A stretch of DNA of 64,000 bases from the IMG/VR virus record IMGVR_UViG_3300045988_167906. One strand, written 5' to 3'. The number at the start of each line of letters is the position of its first letter. Within the stretch, counting starts at the first letter, position 1. A program made the translations under genes and the position numbers. Source of the stretch: a virus. Of the stretch, positions 8,955-18,445 are shown in pieces. Below the pieces are notes generated by a model. That model was given only the letters and a program-made list of their open reading frames with translations. It had not been told where the DNA came from and searched no databases.

Positions 8955-9521
8955 ATGGCAAAAAATCCCACGTATTCTGATTATGTTTCGTCCAACGATT
9001 TTGAGGGTGCAAAGGAAAGATTTGACAATGCAAACAAGCGTTGGAAATCTCATTGGTTTGAAGCTTGCGAAGAAATTTTCAACGCTTGCAAAGATTGGGC
9101 AAAAAAGTATATTCTGGACAAGGTAAATCAAGCAATCCTTATCATTGGTGAGTTTGTTACCAAGAGACGGCCAAAAGAAGAAGGAACAAGTAACACCTAC
9201 CTAATCAAAATGTTTGATGAAGCAGGCAAATGGGTTTTTACAAAAATTGGTAAGGCTAATATAATTGCAAAGAGGATGCAAGGGCTTCTTAAACGTGAAT
9301 ACAAAAGAGGCGGCAGGGTAAAGATTTCTAACATTGAAATTGTAAAGTCTTACCAGTTGCCGAATGATGACCTTGCCCAAGTTCTGGAAAACCTGATGAG
9401 AGCTTATTTCAGAAAAACTCGGAAATTTATTCCAAACGATAGGTTCGAGGCGTTTGAACCGACTGCCGAAGATTTACAAGTTTTTGAAAATAATTACAAT
9501 TTGGTAATGGCGAACGCATAG
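8955..9521 (+). CDS. hypothetical protein (~188 aa)
   Basis: RBS AAAAGGTGATAAAAATG. Confidence 0.5.
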   Translation: MAKNPTYSDYVSSNDFEGAKERFDNANKRWKSHWFEACEEIFNACKDWAKKYILDKVNQAILIIGEFVTKRRPKEEGTSNTYLIKMFDEAGKWVFTKIGKANIIAKRMQGLLKREYKRGGRVKISNIEIVKSYQLPNDDLAQVLENLMRAYFRKTRKFIPNDRFEAFEPTAEDLQVFENNYNLVMANA

Positions 9522-9725
9522 GGGCAGAAATGCCCCTTTTTATTTTGAGCTGCCCGGCCACGACCTAGCCGGGCAGAATTTCCAATATTTACCAGTTTTA
9601 CCAATTTTTTTACCAAAACCCTGCTTCATTTGATTAAAGTATTAAATCCTTAAAGTGCCGCACTTTACCACATTAAAGTGTTAAAGCGTGCATAAATATT
9701 CATTGAAAATGAATAAATATTCTTC

Positions 9726-9754
9726 TTGACATTTTGGGCAAGGTGTGATAATAT
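9726..9754 (+). promoter_or_regulatory. sigma70-like promoter TTGACA / TAATAT
   Basis: Hexamers seen in sequence. Confidence 0.5.
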
Positions 9755-9816
9755 ATAAGAGCAATGAGGGAGCGATGGCAAACCCTGATTGACATTATTA
9801 AAAGGATGGAAACCCT

Positions 9817-10674
9817 ATGACTAAACTTGATAAGCGTCGAAAGTATTACCTGATTCTGGATTGTGAGACGGCTACCTTGCCGTATGCCGCAAAGTTTCCC
9901 GCAGATATGAAGAAGAATGTAGCAATCGCCAAGCCGCTGATTTATGATTTGGGATGGCAGATTGTGGATATTCGGGGCAAGGTCTACAAGCGTGCGTCCT
10001 ATCTCATTTCTGAGATTTTCAGTGTTCCCGCCGTTTTCAATACTGCATATTATGCAAGCAAGCGTCCGATTTATCTTGACCGTCTAAAAGCCGGAGAAAT
10101 CAAGCTGACGGACTGGAATACGGCTGTCGCAGAACTGATTGAAGATTTGGACGCTGTTGTAGCTGTTGGAGCATATAACAGTATGTTCGACTTTAAGAAG
10201 GCTATTCCATTCACTGACCTGTATGTTTCCAAGCTGTACTCGCCTGATTTCTTTGAATGGGAATCTTATCAGAATGAACGATGTGAAGCAATCGCCCATG
10301 GAAGCAAGCCCCATTTGCAGAAAGAGTTTGAACCTGATATTTTCCGCTTCCATGGCAAGGCGTATCCGCTGTTTGACCTGTGGGGCTTGTCTTGTGAACA
10401 TCTGTTGAATAATCCTGACTATAAGCAGATGTGCTATGATAATGAGTGGAGAACGGCAAGCGGCAAATATTATCCGACTAACGCGGAAAAGGCATTTGCC
10501 TATTGTTTCCAGCAGGAAGATTTTGAAGAAGCACATACTGCAATCGAGGACGCAATCATTGAATCCATGCTGTTTGCCCTCATTGGAGAAAAGACCAAGC
10601 ACAAGTTTGAGATGGGTATTGAATATTTCCCCTACAAAAAGTTGGGAAGATTTGACAGTGATTGGGAGCTGTAA
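9817..10674 (+). CDS. DEDD-family (DnaQ-like) 3'-5' exonuclease
   Basis: YLILDCETA (Exo I D-x-E) and HTAIEDA (Exo III H-x-A-x-x-D). Confidence 0.65.
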   Translation: MTKLDKRRKYYLILDCETATLPYAAKFPADMKKNVAIAKPLIYDLGWQIVDIRGKVYKRASYLISEIFSVPAVFNTAYYASKRPIYLDRLKAGEIKLTDWNTAVAELIEDLDAVVAVGAYNSMFDFKKAIPFTDLYVSKLYSPDFFEWESYQNERCEAIAHGSKPHLQKEFEPDIFRFHGKAYPLFDLWGLSCEHLLNNPDYKQMCYDNEWRTASGKYYPTNAEKAFAYCFQQEDFEEAHTAIEDAIIESMLFALIGEKTKHKFEMGIEYFPYKKLGRFDSDWEL

Positions 10675-10802
10675 AAGGCTCCCATCCCTCCCAAAATTTT
10701 CATAGCTACGGTATTGAAATTGCCATTCTGACAAATACTTCCAGCGTTCTGCGATACTTCATTCAAGTCGAAAAAAAATCGTGGAAAATTCAAAATAAGG
10801 TA

Positions 10803-10831
10803 TTGACAAATCAATAGGTTTGTGATACAAT
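10803..10831 (+). promoter_or_regulatory. sigma70-like promoter TTGACA-17-TACAAT plus AATTGTTCCAAGAG leader
   Basis: Hexamers seen in sequence. Confidence 0.55.
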
Positions 10832-10902
10832 ATAATTGTTCCAAGAGAGGAACACAAAACAAATAAGGGTTGCGACCTACCGCTAGAAAGGAATTGATAA
10901 TT

Positions 10903-11280
10903 ATGGAAAAGAAGATTACCTATGCTCAGGCTCTGAACACCGTTCTGAACAATGAGAACATCATCCTTGCATCTGATGTGCGGGAGAAGCTGGAAGCTCT
11001 GCTTGCTTCTGTCTCCAAGAAGTCCGGCGAGAGAAAGGAAACTGCACAGCAGGTGGAGAACGCCGAGATGGTGGAGCGGATTTATCAGGAGATGGAAGCC
11101 AACCGCACCTACTCTATTGCCGAACTGATTAAGGAACTGCCGGTTGTGGCTGACTTCAATGCCAACCATGAGAATGATATGTCCACGCAGAGAATGGCGA
11201 ATCTGCTCAGAACCCTCGTGGAAGATGGCAAGGTTATCAAGACTACTGAAAAGCGGCGTGTCTATTACACCAAGGCATAA
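10903..11280 (+). CDS. paralog family A member 2 (...DGKVIKTTEKRRVYYTKA)
   Basis: Same C-terminal motif as 8064-8450. Confidence 0.55.
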   Translation: MEKKITYAQALNTVLNNENIILASDVREKLEALLASVSKKSGERKETAQQVENAEMVERIYQEMEANRTYSIAELIKELPVVADFNANHENDMSTQRMANLLRTLVEDGKVIKTTEKRRVYYTKA

Positions 11281-11372
11281 GTGAAAAAGAAGTAAGGGGA
11301 GTTTTCTCCCCTTACTTCTCCCAGCTAATTCCAGATAGTTCCCAGCAAAGAAAATTCTAATAGGACGGTAAA

Positions 11373-11735
11373 ATGTCAATGACCGCTGAAAAGTTGGCAA
11401 ATTCGCTTAAAATTTCCATTGAAGAAGCTAACCAAGTTTTGGAAATGGATAAGCGAATTGATAGGGGCGAAAAGTTGTTTGAGTTGCCGCCGGAGTTTGA
11501 AGCAGGAGCGAAAAAGGCAAGACGTGCTGACCGGAAGAAAGTGGAAAATGTAAAACGGGAACGCAAACCTGATGAAGATAAAAGGGAGCTAATCCAGTAT
11601 TTGGAAAGTTCCTTGGAAGATGCCTACCCTGATTTAGATTTGGGTAATATTACCATTACAAATCCAGAACGAGAAATGGAATTTATTTACAATGGAATTA
11701 AATACCGGTTGACCCTGATGCGTCCAAGGAAATAA
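11373..11735 (+). CDS. paralog family B member 2 (...KYRLTLMRPRK)
   Basis: Paralog of 8500-8898. Confidence 0.5.
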   Translation: MSMTAEKLANSLKISIEEANQVLEMDKRIDRGEKLFELPPEFEAGAKKARRADRKKVENVKRERKPDEDKRELIQYLESSLEDAYPDLDLGNITITNPEREMEFIYNGIKYRLTLMRPRK

Positions 11736-12033
11736 TTGGAATGGGATTTTCTCCCATTCCAATTTTTGGAATTATAATTGGAAAATTTTTCCAAGGAAAA
11801 TATTGGAACAGATGGTAATTTCAGCCGGTCGTCACTGGCAGTGATGACCGGAATTCTAGAAAAACTTACCATATGGCAATTTTTTGCTCAATCTAGCGGC
11901 CTCTCATATGCCGCATGTTTTTCCCGAAACTGGTTCGCTTCGCTCACTATATTTGCAATTTTTAAAAAAATATTTTATAATATATATACAGAATAAAGAG
12001 TTCTGAAAATCTTTATAAAGAGGTAATATACAT

Positions 12034-12429
12034 ATGTATGATTTTTATGATCGTCTGATGAAGGGTGAATCCGCAGAGGATATTGCCAAGAGCATCACTG
12101 ATGAACTGAACAAGGCACAGGCCAAGAGAACAGAAGAGTTGAAGGCTCAGGCTGAAAAGTCCAAGAGAGATCAGACAATGGCCGCGGATGCAGAGGCTAT
12201 CTGCACTGGCTTGGCGAAGTTTGCAAAGGATTATTATGGTTATGACATTGAGGTTAAGCCGGAAGACCTGATGAAGGTTTTTGATATGGCTGATAAGATT
12301 GGTCGTGCCATTGAGGACCTTGGTAAGACGGTTGAGAAGCCTGCTGAAAAAGTAAAGGCCAAGGTATACAAGGTCAATGGCTCTGCTGATGAAGTCATTG
12401 ATAAGTTCCTTGATATGATGGGGTGGTGA
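12034..12429 (+). CDS. hypothetical protein (131 aa), last gene of the early block
   Basis: Followed by terminator hairpin aaaagggc/gcccttttc. Confidence 0.5.
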   Translation: MYDFYDRLMKGESAEDIAKSITDELNKAQAKRTEELKAQAEKSKRDQTMAADAEAICTGLAKFAKDYYGYDIEVKPEDLMKVFDMADKIGRAIEDLGKTVEKPAEKVKAKVYKVNGSADEVIDKFLDMMGW

Positions 12430-12814
12430 GGAAAAGGGCTTATGCCCTTTTCTTTTTAGCCTAAAATGGAAATTTTTGGAAAGTCAAATTTGACTTTTAT
12501 AAAAAAATATGATATAATATTAAAAAAAGATATAATTGCATTAGGGTAGAGATTATTTGTTGTCGGTCGATATAGCAATAATAGGGGTGCCACTGGTGCA
12601 GTAGGGCCACACCCACTTCCTCATTTTAATATAATTTTAATATAATTTAGCTTAATTTGGCATTATTTTAATACAATTTAATACTATTTTTAGTAATTTA
12701 ATTCAATTCTTTAAATAATTTAATCTTTAATAATTGACCTTCAATTTTCTGCATAACCAATTTCTTTAACTTTATATTTAATTTTCATTTTCTTTACACT
12801 CTCTACCCTATCTT

Positions 12815-12848
12815 TTTTACCCAGATATTATTTTTATCTGGGTTTTTT
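12815..12848. terminator. bidirectional terminator hairpin acccagatatt...atctgggt with T-run on + and A-run on -
   Basis: Perfect 8-bp stem flanked by oligo-T/oligo-A. It sits exactly at the end of the minus-strand GIY-YIG gene. Confidence 0.55.
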
Positions 12849-13191
12849 ATGTTTCATGATACCTATACGGCTATAATCTACCAGCTATATTTCCAATAGG
12901 CTAATACAATGTAATGAGTGCAAGCTCCATATCCTCTATATCTCTACGTTCTAACTATCTCTCTACTTTTACATCTTTAGTTTTAATCAATGGCTTATAT
13001 TCAACTACATCGCCTTTCTAAATAAGCTTATACACATATAATTCTTTACTATTTGTTCTCAATTTAATCTAATGTTCCTTAAACCGCTTCTCAAAATCCT
13101 ATGTACTACCTATATAATATAAACGCCCATTGACATAAATACCATATACTCCACCTTCAGTCATTTTCTTTAATGCTTTCTTACCCATCAT
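12847..13191 (-). CDS. GIY-YIG nuclease-domain protein (114 aa) containing six in-frame TAG codons
   Basis: Minus-strand translation gives MMGKKALKKMTEGGVYGIYVNGRLYYIGST(Q)DFEKRFKEH(Q)IKL.... This is a clean GIY-YIG motif only when TAG is read as an amino acid. The ORF ends TAA at the terminator. Confidence 0.7.
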
Positions 13192-13284
13192 CTATTCATA
13201 CTCTTCCTATGTGCATACCATATCAAATACCTTATTCTTAAATTCCCAGAATGGTTTATTTAATTTATCCTAATGCGGTCTAAT

Positions 13285-13437
13285 TATCTACATATAGTTA
13301 TTCTATACTACCCATACTCTCTTAAACCCTTTAGCAGAAGGATAATTCTTAATAGGCCCATCTAACTTCTCTATAATCTGTACTAATTCATCGTAATTCT
13401 TTATATTAGCACTAAATCCAAACTTATCAATTTTCAT
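13285..13437 (-). CDS. hypothetical small protein with one in-frame TAG
   Basis: ATG after an RBS. Low confidence. Confidence 0.25.
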
Positions 13438-13529
13438 TTCGTTTTTTCCTTTCAATTTTTGATTTCATTTTTCAATTCATTTCTTTACTGCCACAAGGTC
13501 AATACTGCCATTCAGGAACACACCCCGTT

Positions 13530-13790
13530 ATGTCCTATTTTCCCCGAAGGGGTAAATGGGACATTTTGTCTGTCCCAATGAGACATTTTGATAAAAATGG
13601 GACATTGGGACGGGACATCTTCTTTACTTCGCTTATGTCCCATATGTCCCAATGTCCCATTTTACTTAAAATTTTAAATAAAACATCCAGTGCTTATGTC
13701 CTAATGTCCCATTTTATCTATGATATTCCATTTAAAATGGGACATTTTTCATGTCCCATTTTTTTGAGACATTTATTTGCTTGTGTCTCA
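13530..13790. repeat. iteron-like cluster: at least 10 copies of ATGGGACAT / ATGTCCCAT (plus degenerate variants) in both orientations within ~260 bp
   Basis: Directly counted in sequence. Non-coding, between minus-strand genes. Confidence 0.7.
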
Positions 13791-14288
13791 AAAATTAAAC
13801 TCATCTTTCTAATTAACGAATGTTCCTTTTAACACTTTATCACTAATTTTCTTTATGCCTTCAGCATCCCCTATACCTTCACGACGACTTAATGTTTTTC
13901 TATTAACTGTTATATTATATAACTCCTAACACATATTTATTACATCATTCTACGTAGGTTTTTTATTCTTCTTTTTAGTTGCTTCAACTACAGCATTTAA
14001 CATCTACCCATCAGTAATTTTTTCTTTTTCTCCGCCTTTAGCCCCTGAAGCAGCCTTTTGTTCACTAACCTCTTTAGATTTATCAATAGTAAGTTTCATA
14101 GACTATAACAACATCATAATAACTCCATAGTCTTTATCATTCTCATCAGGTTCAATACCATACAATCCATAGTTAGTTAATGCACTATATAATTTATATT
14201 TTAATTCTACATCTTCATTCTATTCAATAGTTTCTCTCATATTAGCCCAGAAGGTAAATTTATCTTTATTCGGCTTTTCAACTGCCAT
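13788..14288 (-). CDS. hypothetical protein (166 aa) with six in-frame TAG codons, ends TGA
   Basis: A 501-nt minus-strand frame free of TAA/TGA in AT-rich DNA. RBS AAGGAGG precedes the ATG. Translation MAVEKPNKDKFTFWANMRETIE(Q)NEDVELKYKLYSALTNYGLYGIEPDEN... Confidence 0.55.
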
Positions 14289-14294
14289 AAATAA

Positions 14295-14453
14295 TTACCT
14301 CCTTTGAGCTTCAACAAAATCCCTCATAAAATCATCATCAACCTTAAATATCCAACAATTATACTCCGGGTATTTAGGATTGGGCATAGTCTATATAGGG
14401 AAATGACCATTCTCCACCAGCTTTTCCATAACAGCTAATGAATAAATAATCAT
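14295..14453 (-). CDS. hypothetical small protein (52 aa) with one in-frame TAG
   Basis: TAG read-through makes the ORF end at TAA just where the next gene's RBS (AAGGAGG) begins. Confidence 0.45.
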
Positions 14454-14483
14454 ATTTTTATTTTGTTCTTTGTTCACTTTGTA

Positions 14484-14636
14484 TTACTTCTCCTTATCCA
14501 TATATTCTTTAATGGCTTTTCTAATCAATTGCGAAACACTCATATCATTTTCTTTACAGAATTCATCAATACGTGCCTTCTCTTCATCCTTAACACGAGT
14601 TGCAATATTATGATAGCCTTCACGTTTACTTGGCAT
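14484..14636 (-). CDS. ribbon-helix-helix (CopG/Arc-like) DNA-binding protein (50 aa)
   Basis: MPSKREGYHNIATRVKDEEKARIDEFCKENDMSVSQLIRKAIKEYMDKEK is an RHH pattern. RBS GAAAAGGAGAA. Confidence 0.6.
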   Translation of the reverse strand: MPSKREGYHNIATRVKDEEKARIDEFCKENDMSVSQLIRKAIKEYMDKEK

Positions 14637-14788
14637 ATATATTCTCCTTTTCTTTTATTAATCTACTATATATAAAAATATAAATAATATCTTTAACCGC
14701 GGTGGCCCAAAAAATTTTAAGTAATTTATAACAAGTTTAATTGATATAAGTTGAAATAAAAATATACCTATTGGTTTTATAAATAGTG

Positions 14789-14825
14789 GAAAAATATAAA
14801 AAAATTTGATAAAATATATATAAGA
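14789..14825 (+). promoter_or_regulatory. conserved phage middle/late promoter motif (AAAATATAAAAAAATTTGATAAAATATATATAAG)
   Basis: One of about 20 occurrences of TTTTATAAAAAAATATTATAAAATATATATA-like elements ~25-40 nt upstream of gene starts. Confidence 0.5.
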
Positions 14826-14851
14826 TAAAAGATAAGAAAGGAAAATCTTAA

Positions 14852-15319
14852 ATGCCAAATTATCGTGAACAGAATGGCGAAGTTGGTAGCTACAACAACT
14901 TAAAAGTCTGGGTCCTTAATGGTAATGAGTTCCAAAAGAAGCTACTCACCAAGGGCGGACTTAATGCTACTACTATCTACTGCCTTAAAGAATATGATCC
15001 CTATCACAAGCTGCTGCCCGACTGCATGTACGCCTATATGATTAACCCTAATGACCGCGACAACCTCTACTGCCTTGGCACTATGGGCAATTATGGAAAA
15101 GTGAATTTCAAGAAAAATATTGCCGCGTGCGAAAAATTCTCACTTGCCCCTAAGCCTACTCCTAAAACCACATTTGAAGTAGATACTACTAATTATGGTA
15201 ACGCCCCTACTCTTGCAACCATCAATGATATCCTTGCCGATATTCAAAAATGGAATACACAAATTAATTATGCCGACTATACTAAAACAGTAGATAAATA
15301 TTTGGAGGCTCTTACATGA
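14852..15319 (+). CDS. hypothetical protein (155 aa)
   Basis: RBS GAAAGGAAAATCTTAAATG. Confidence 0.5.
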   Translation: MPNYREQNGEVGSYNNLKVWVLNGNEFQKKLLTKGGLNATTIYCLKEYDPYHKLLPDCMYAYMINPNDRDNLYCLGTMGNYGKVNFKKNIAACEKFSLAPKPTPKTTFEVDTTNYGNAPTLATINDILADIQKWNTQINYADYTKTVDKYLEALT

Positions 15320-15525
15320 AAAAGTTTATGTAGTTTGTCCTAGGCGATAATAATATATTTTTCTATGCCGTTAATGATATTGTAAACGTAAAATTCTATA
15401 CTCAAAATGAATTAAATAATGAATTAACTATGGAACTTACAACTAAATCTAACGGCATTGAAACATTTACATTTGATAACATAAGAGACTATCAAGACGC
15501 TATAGACGCATTTAATGACCTATGA
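15316..15525 (+). CDS. hypothetical protein (69 aa) with in-frame TAG at codon 6
   Basis: GGAGG RBS, ATGA overlap with the upstream gene. Open only if TAG is sense. Confidence 0.45.
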
Positions 15526-15818
15526 TTAATCCATATTTCACATTTACAACAGATAATAAAAATTTCTGCTGTTATAAAACATCAGCCATCCTCTATATTA
15601 GTTTTTACACTGACTCAAATGAAAAATATAGAATGCAAATCCAAACAACAGAAAATACTGCATTAGATACTATTGCCCCTTATACATTTAAAAGCAAAAA
15701 ATATTGGGATGCTGCACAAGATAAATGGATGGACATTATGCGGGCCGCACGCAATGAAGCAGCAAATAATACCAATATGAAATATTATGGTAACTATGGA
15801 GATGTTGACCCATGGTAA
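15522..15818 (+). CDS. hypothetical protein (98 aa)
   Basis: ATGA overlap. Confidence 0.45.
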   Translation: MINPYFTFTTDNKNFCCYKTSAILYISFYTDSNEKYRMQIQTTENTALDTIAPYTFKSKKYWDAAQDKWMDIMRAARNEAANNTNMKYYGNYGDVDPW

Positions 15819-16012
15819 AAATCTACACAGGCCTGCAACGCCAAAAGCATGTCAAGACGACAAACATTCGCACAATCCGTTTCTACCCTACTGAACGCAC
15901 CATTAATCTCTACTATTGGAATAATCAAAAAGAAACTATCAAATTTGATGATGAAGATTACTGCCGTGCCGCATATAAAAAACTACACGAATATATTGCT
16001 TATCCGTTTTAA
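15812..16012 (+). CDS. hypothetical protein (66 aa)
   Basis: Overlapping start. Confidence 0.4.
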   Translation: MVKIYTGLQRQKHVKTTNIRTIRFYPTERTINLYYWNNQKETIKFDDEDYCRAAYKKLHEYIAYPF

Positions 16013-16067
16013 TTGAAAAATAAATAAAAATATTATAAAATATATATATAAATGATAGGAGAAAAAA

Positions 16068-16358
16068 ATGGATAAAAATTTATTCGCTAAATTAACTACT
16101 CTTACATCAGAAGCAGAAGTCAATAAAGAGCGTCGGGCAACTGAAAAGGCAGAACAAATCATCGCAAATAACACACCGGCCATGCTGCAAGCGGCAACAA
16201 ATGGTGCTTATGCTTATACCATTGTCATTTCTCCCGATGATACTCCCTCGTCGAACAATTATACCGTTAAGAAACTTCAAGAAATTCTTAATTCTAATAA
16301 CTTTACAACTCAATATTTCCAAGATAATACAATGATTGTTAGGTGGCGTGACGCATGA
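16068..16358 (+). CDS. hypothetical protein (96 aa)
   Basis: Late promoter at 16018-16052 plus RBS AGGAGAAAAAAATG. Confidence 0.5.
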   Translation: MDKNLFAKLTTLTSEAEVNKERRATEKAEQIIANNTPAMLQAATNGAYAYTIVISPDDTPSSNNYTVKKLQEILNSNNFTTQYFQDNTMIVRWRDA

Positions 16359-16630
16359 ACCTTGATGAATACCTTGATCGTGCAACTGAAATGCGAAACG
16401 AGATTGCCGCATATGATGAGAAGATAGTACGCCTTTTGGACGAAAGAGTTCAATTGGCAAAAAACTTGGTAGAACTTAAAAAAGAACATTCTCGTCCGGC
16501 ATATACACCAATAGTAGAAGAAAAGAAGATAGAATATTTAAGCACTCTAACTTCTTATCCAGATTTGATTAAGATGTTATGGCCTATGATTATGGGTTAT
16601 AGCCGCATCCCCTATAACGAAAGGATTTAA
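16355..16630 (+). CDS. chorismate mutase (AroQ, type II)-like protein (91 aa)
   Basis: EMRNEIAAYDEKIVRLLDERVQLAKNLVELKKE...PIVEEKKIEYL follows the AroQ R/D/LL/ER/K...P-x-x-E pattern. Confidence 0.5.
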   Translation: MNLDEYLDRATEMRNEIAAYDEKIVRLLDERVQLAKNLVELKKEHSRPAYTPIVEEKKIEYLSTLTSYPDLIKMLWPMIMGYSRIPYNERI

Positions 16631-16631
16631 T

Positions 16632-16787
16632 TATGAAAATGAAAAACAATGTCTCCGGTAAGACTTACACGATCGCACAAATCTTCCGAGACGATAGCGG
16701 ATATTTCCGTGTCCTTTACTTTGATCCCGAAGCAAATAGATGGCTAACCGAAAGCCTCAACTTCTTTACTCCAGTAGAAAACTAACT
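16632..16787 (+). CDS. hypothetical protein (51 aa)
   Basis: Tightly coupled. Confidence 0.35.
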
Positions 16788-16812
16788 AAAATTAAGAAAG
16801 GAATAGACGTAA

Positions 16813-18222
16813 ATGTATAATGTATATGTTTGTAAAGTAAAAAACATTAGACCTGCGGAGAATGCTAATCGTCTGAATGCCTGTGAAGTATTTGGTATTA
16901 CTACCATTGTTGATAAATCCGTGAATGAAAATGACCTCTACGTCTATTTCCCCACGGATGGTCAAATTAGTGAAGAGTTTGGTAAGGCAAATGACCTCTT
17001 CCGCCGCAAGGATGAGAATGGTAATCCGGCGGGCGGTTTCATTGACCCTGTGAAGCGTAATATTGGTGCAATTCGTCTTCGCGGTAATAAGTCCGAAGGT
17101 CTTATCCTTCCACTTACTTGCCTTACACCTTTTGGTGACATCAGTAATCTGGCCGAAGGTGATATTGTATCTACCTTCAATGGTCATGTAATCGCCGAGA
17201 AGTATGTGCCGATGCATAAGCCCAGAGTTTCAGAGTCTACTGCACGCGGCGAACACAACCATAAGTCTGCAAAGAAATGCCGCATTAAGTATCCATTCTT
17301 CGCAGAACATATTGATACTCCCCAGCTTCGTTTTAATATGGATATGTTTAAGCCGGGCGACATTATCTGCTTGACCGAGAAGGTCCATGGTACCAGTTCT
17401 CGAAACGCATATCAGACTGCAATTGTTGGCGAAAACGGTTTCTTCCTTACCAAGCTTATTGCACATAGCAACTGGCTGCCGAAGAAGTGGCGTATGTCCG
17501 CACAGTCTCACCTTACCCCTAAAACTGAAATGCGTTATCTGATTGGTACTCGCCGCACTGTCCTTACTAACAATAGCACCGGCGGCTTTTATGACAATGA
17601 TGACTTCCGTAAGGCTTGGGGCGAGCGTTTCAAGGGTAAGCTTCTGCCTAATGAGGAATGCTTCGGTGAAATTGCAGGCTTCTACAAAGATAATTATGGC
17701 GGTGCAGTTCCTATCATGTCTCGTGGAGATAATACTAAAACAAAAGATAAGCAATTTATTAAGCAGTATGGTAAGACTACCACTTTCTCTTATGGATGTA
17801 CTGAAACTGGTTATTACACTTATGGTGATGGTACTCATGAAGAAAGACCGCTTAACCGCTATTTTGTTTACCGTATGACTTATACTACTCCTGAAGGTGT
17901 AGTAATTGAATATCCTTGGGACCTTGTTAAGCAGCGTGCAGAACAGATGGGTTTTGAAACTGTGCCTGAACTGGAACGTTTCATCTACACCACTGAAGAG
18001 GATTTCCTCGCACGGATTGCCAAGTATGAGGATATTCCTTCTACGATTGATTCTTCTCATGTAATTGAAGGTGTAGTTATTCGCAAGATGAATGGTACAC
18101 GTTTCGACGTTGCAAAAGATAAATCTTATAATTTTAAGGTACTTGAGAATCTAATTAAGGTTGATGCCGAAGTGCCGGACATGGAAGAAATTGAAGAAGA
18201 AATGACTCTGGAGGATAATTAA
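16813..18222 (+). CDS. ATP-dependent RNA ligase (Rnl2-like nucleotidyltransferase)
   Basis: Motif I LTEKVHGTS (KxHG) as in T4 Rnl2 EKIHGTN, and a large C-terminal domain. No in-frame TAG. Confidence 0.6.
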   Translation: MYNVYVCKVKNIRPAENANRLNACEVFGITTIVDKSVNENDLYVYFPTDGQISEEFGKANDLFRRKDENGNPAGGFIDPVKRNIGAIRLRGNKSEGLILPLTCLTPFGDISNLAEGDIVSTFNGHVIAEKYVPMHKPRVSESTARGEHNHKSAKKCRIKYPFFAEHIDTPQLRFNMDMFKPGDIICLTEKVHGTSSRNAYQTAIVGENGFFLTKLIAHSNWLPKKWRMSAQSHLTPKTEMRYLIGTRRTVLTNNSTGGFYDNDDFRKAWGERFKGKLLPNEECFGEIAGFYKDNYGGAVPIMSRGDNTKTKDKQFIKQYGKTTTFSYGCTETGYYTYGDGTHEERPLNRYFVYRMTYTTPEGVVIEYPWDLVKQRAEQMGFETVPELERFIYTTEEDFLARIAKYEDIPSTIDSSHVIEGVVIRKMNGTRFDVAKDKSYNFKVLENLIKVDAEVPDMEEIEEEMTLEDN

Positions 18223-18445
18223 TGATTATTGGAATGATTTGCGTCTTAATTGGTGCAATTGTAGGAATTGTATTAGCGAGGGCTACTGATTAATGGGACT
18301 ATTTTTCTTAACCATTTTTATTTGTCTTATCTTTTATGCTCTTGGCAGTTTATATAATGATTAAAATACTTATTTTTGGTTTTATAATCATTGCATTCGT
18401 AATGTATTTATTTTGTAAAACAAACGATTTATAAGGAGAATTAAT

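Noticed and set aside
10084-10734. 216-aa minus-strand ORF antisense to the DEDD exonuclease
   Set aside because: Antisense shadow ORF. The exonuclease motifs are on the plus strand.
12540-12620. tRNA-like GC island gggtgccactggtgcagtagggccacaccc downstream of the 12490 promoter
   Set aside because: Arms are not mutually complementary in a cloverleaf or simple hairpin. Kept only as part of the possible ncRNA region noted under the promoter finding.
17230-18060. 276-aa minus-strand ORF antisense to the RNA ligase gene
   Set aside because: No RBS or homology. The sense frame carries the ligase KxHG motif.
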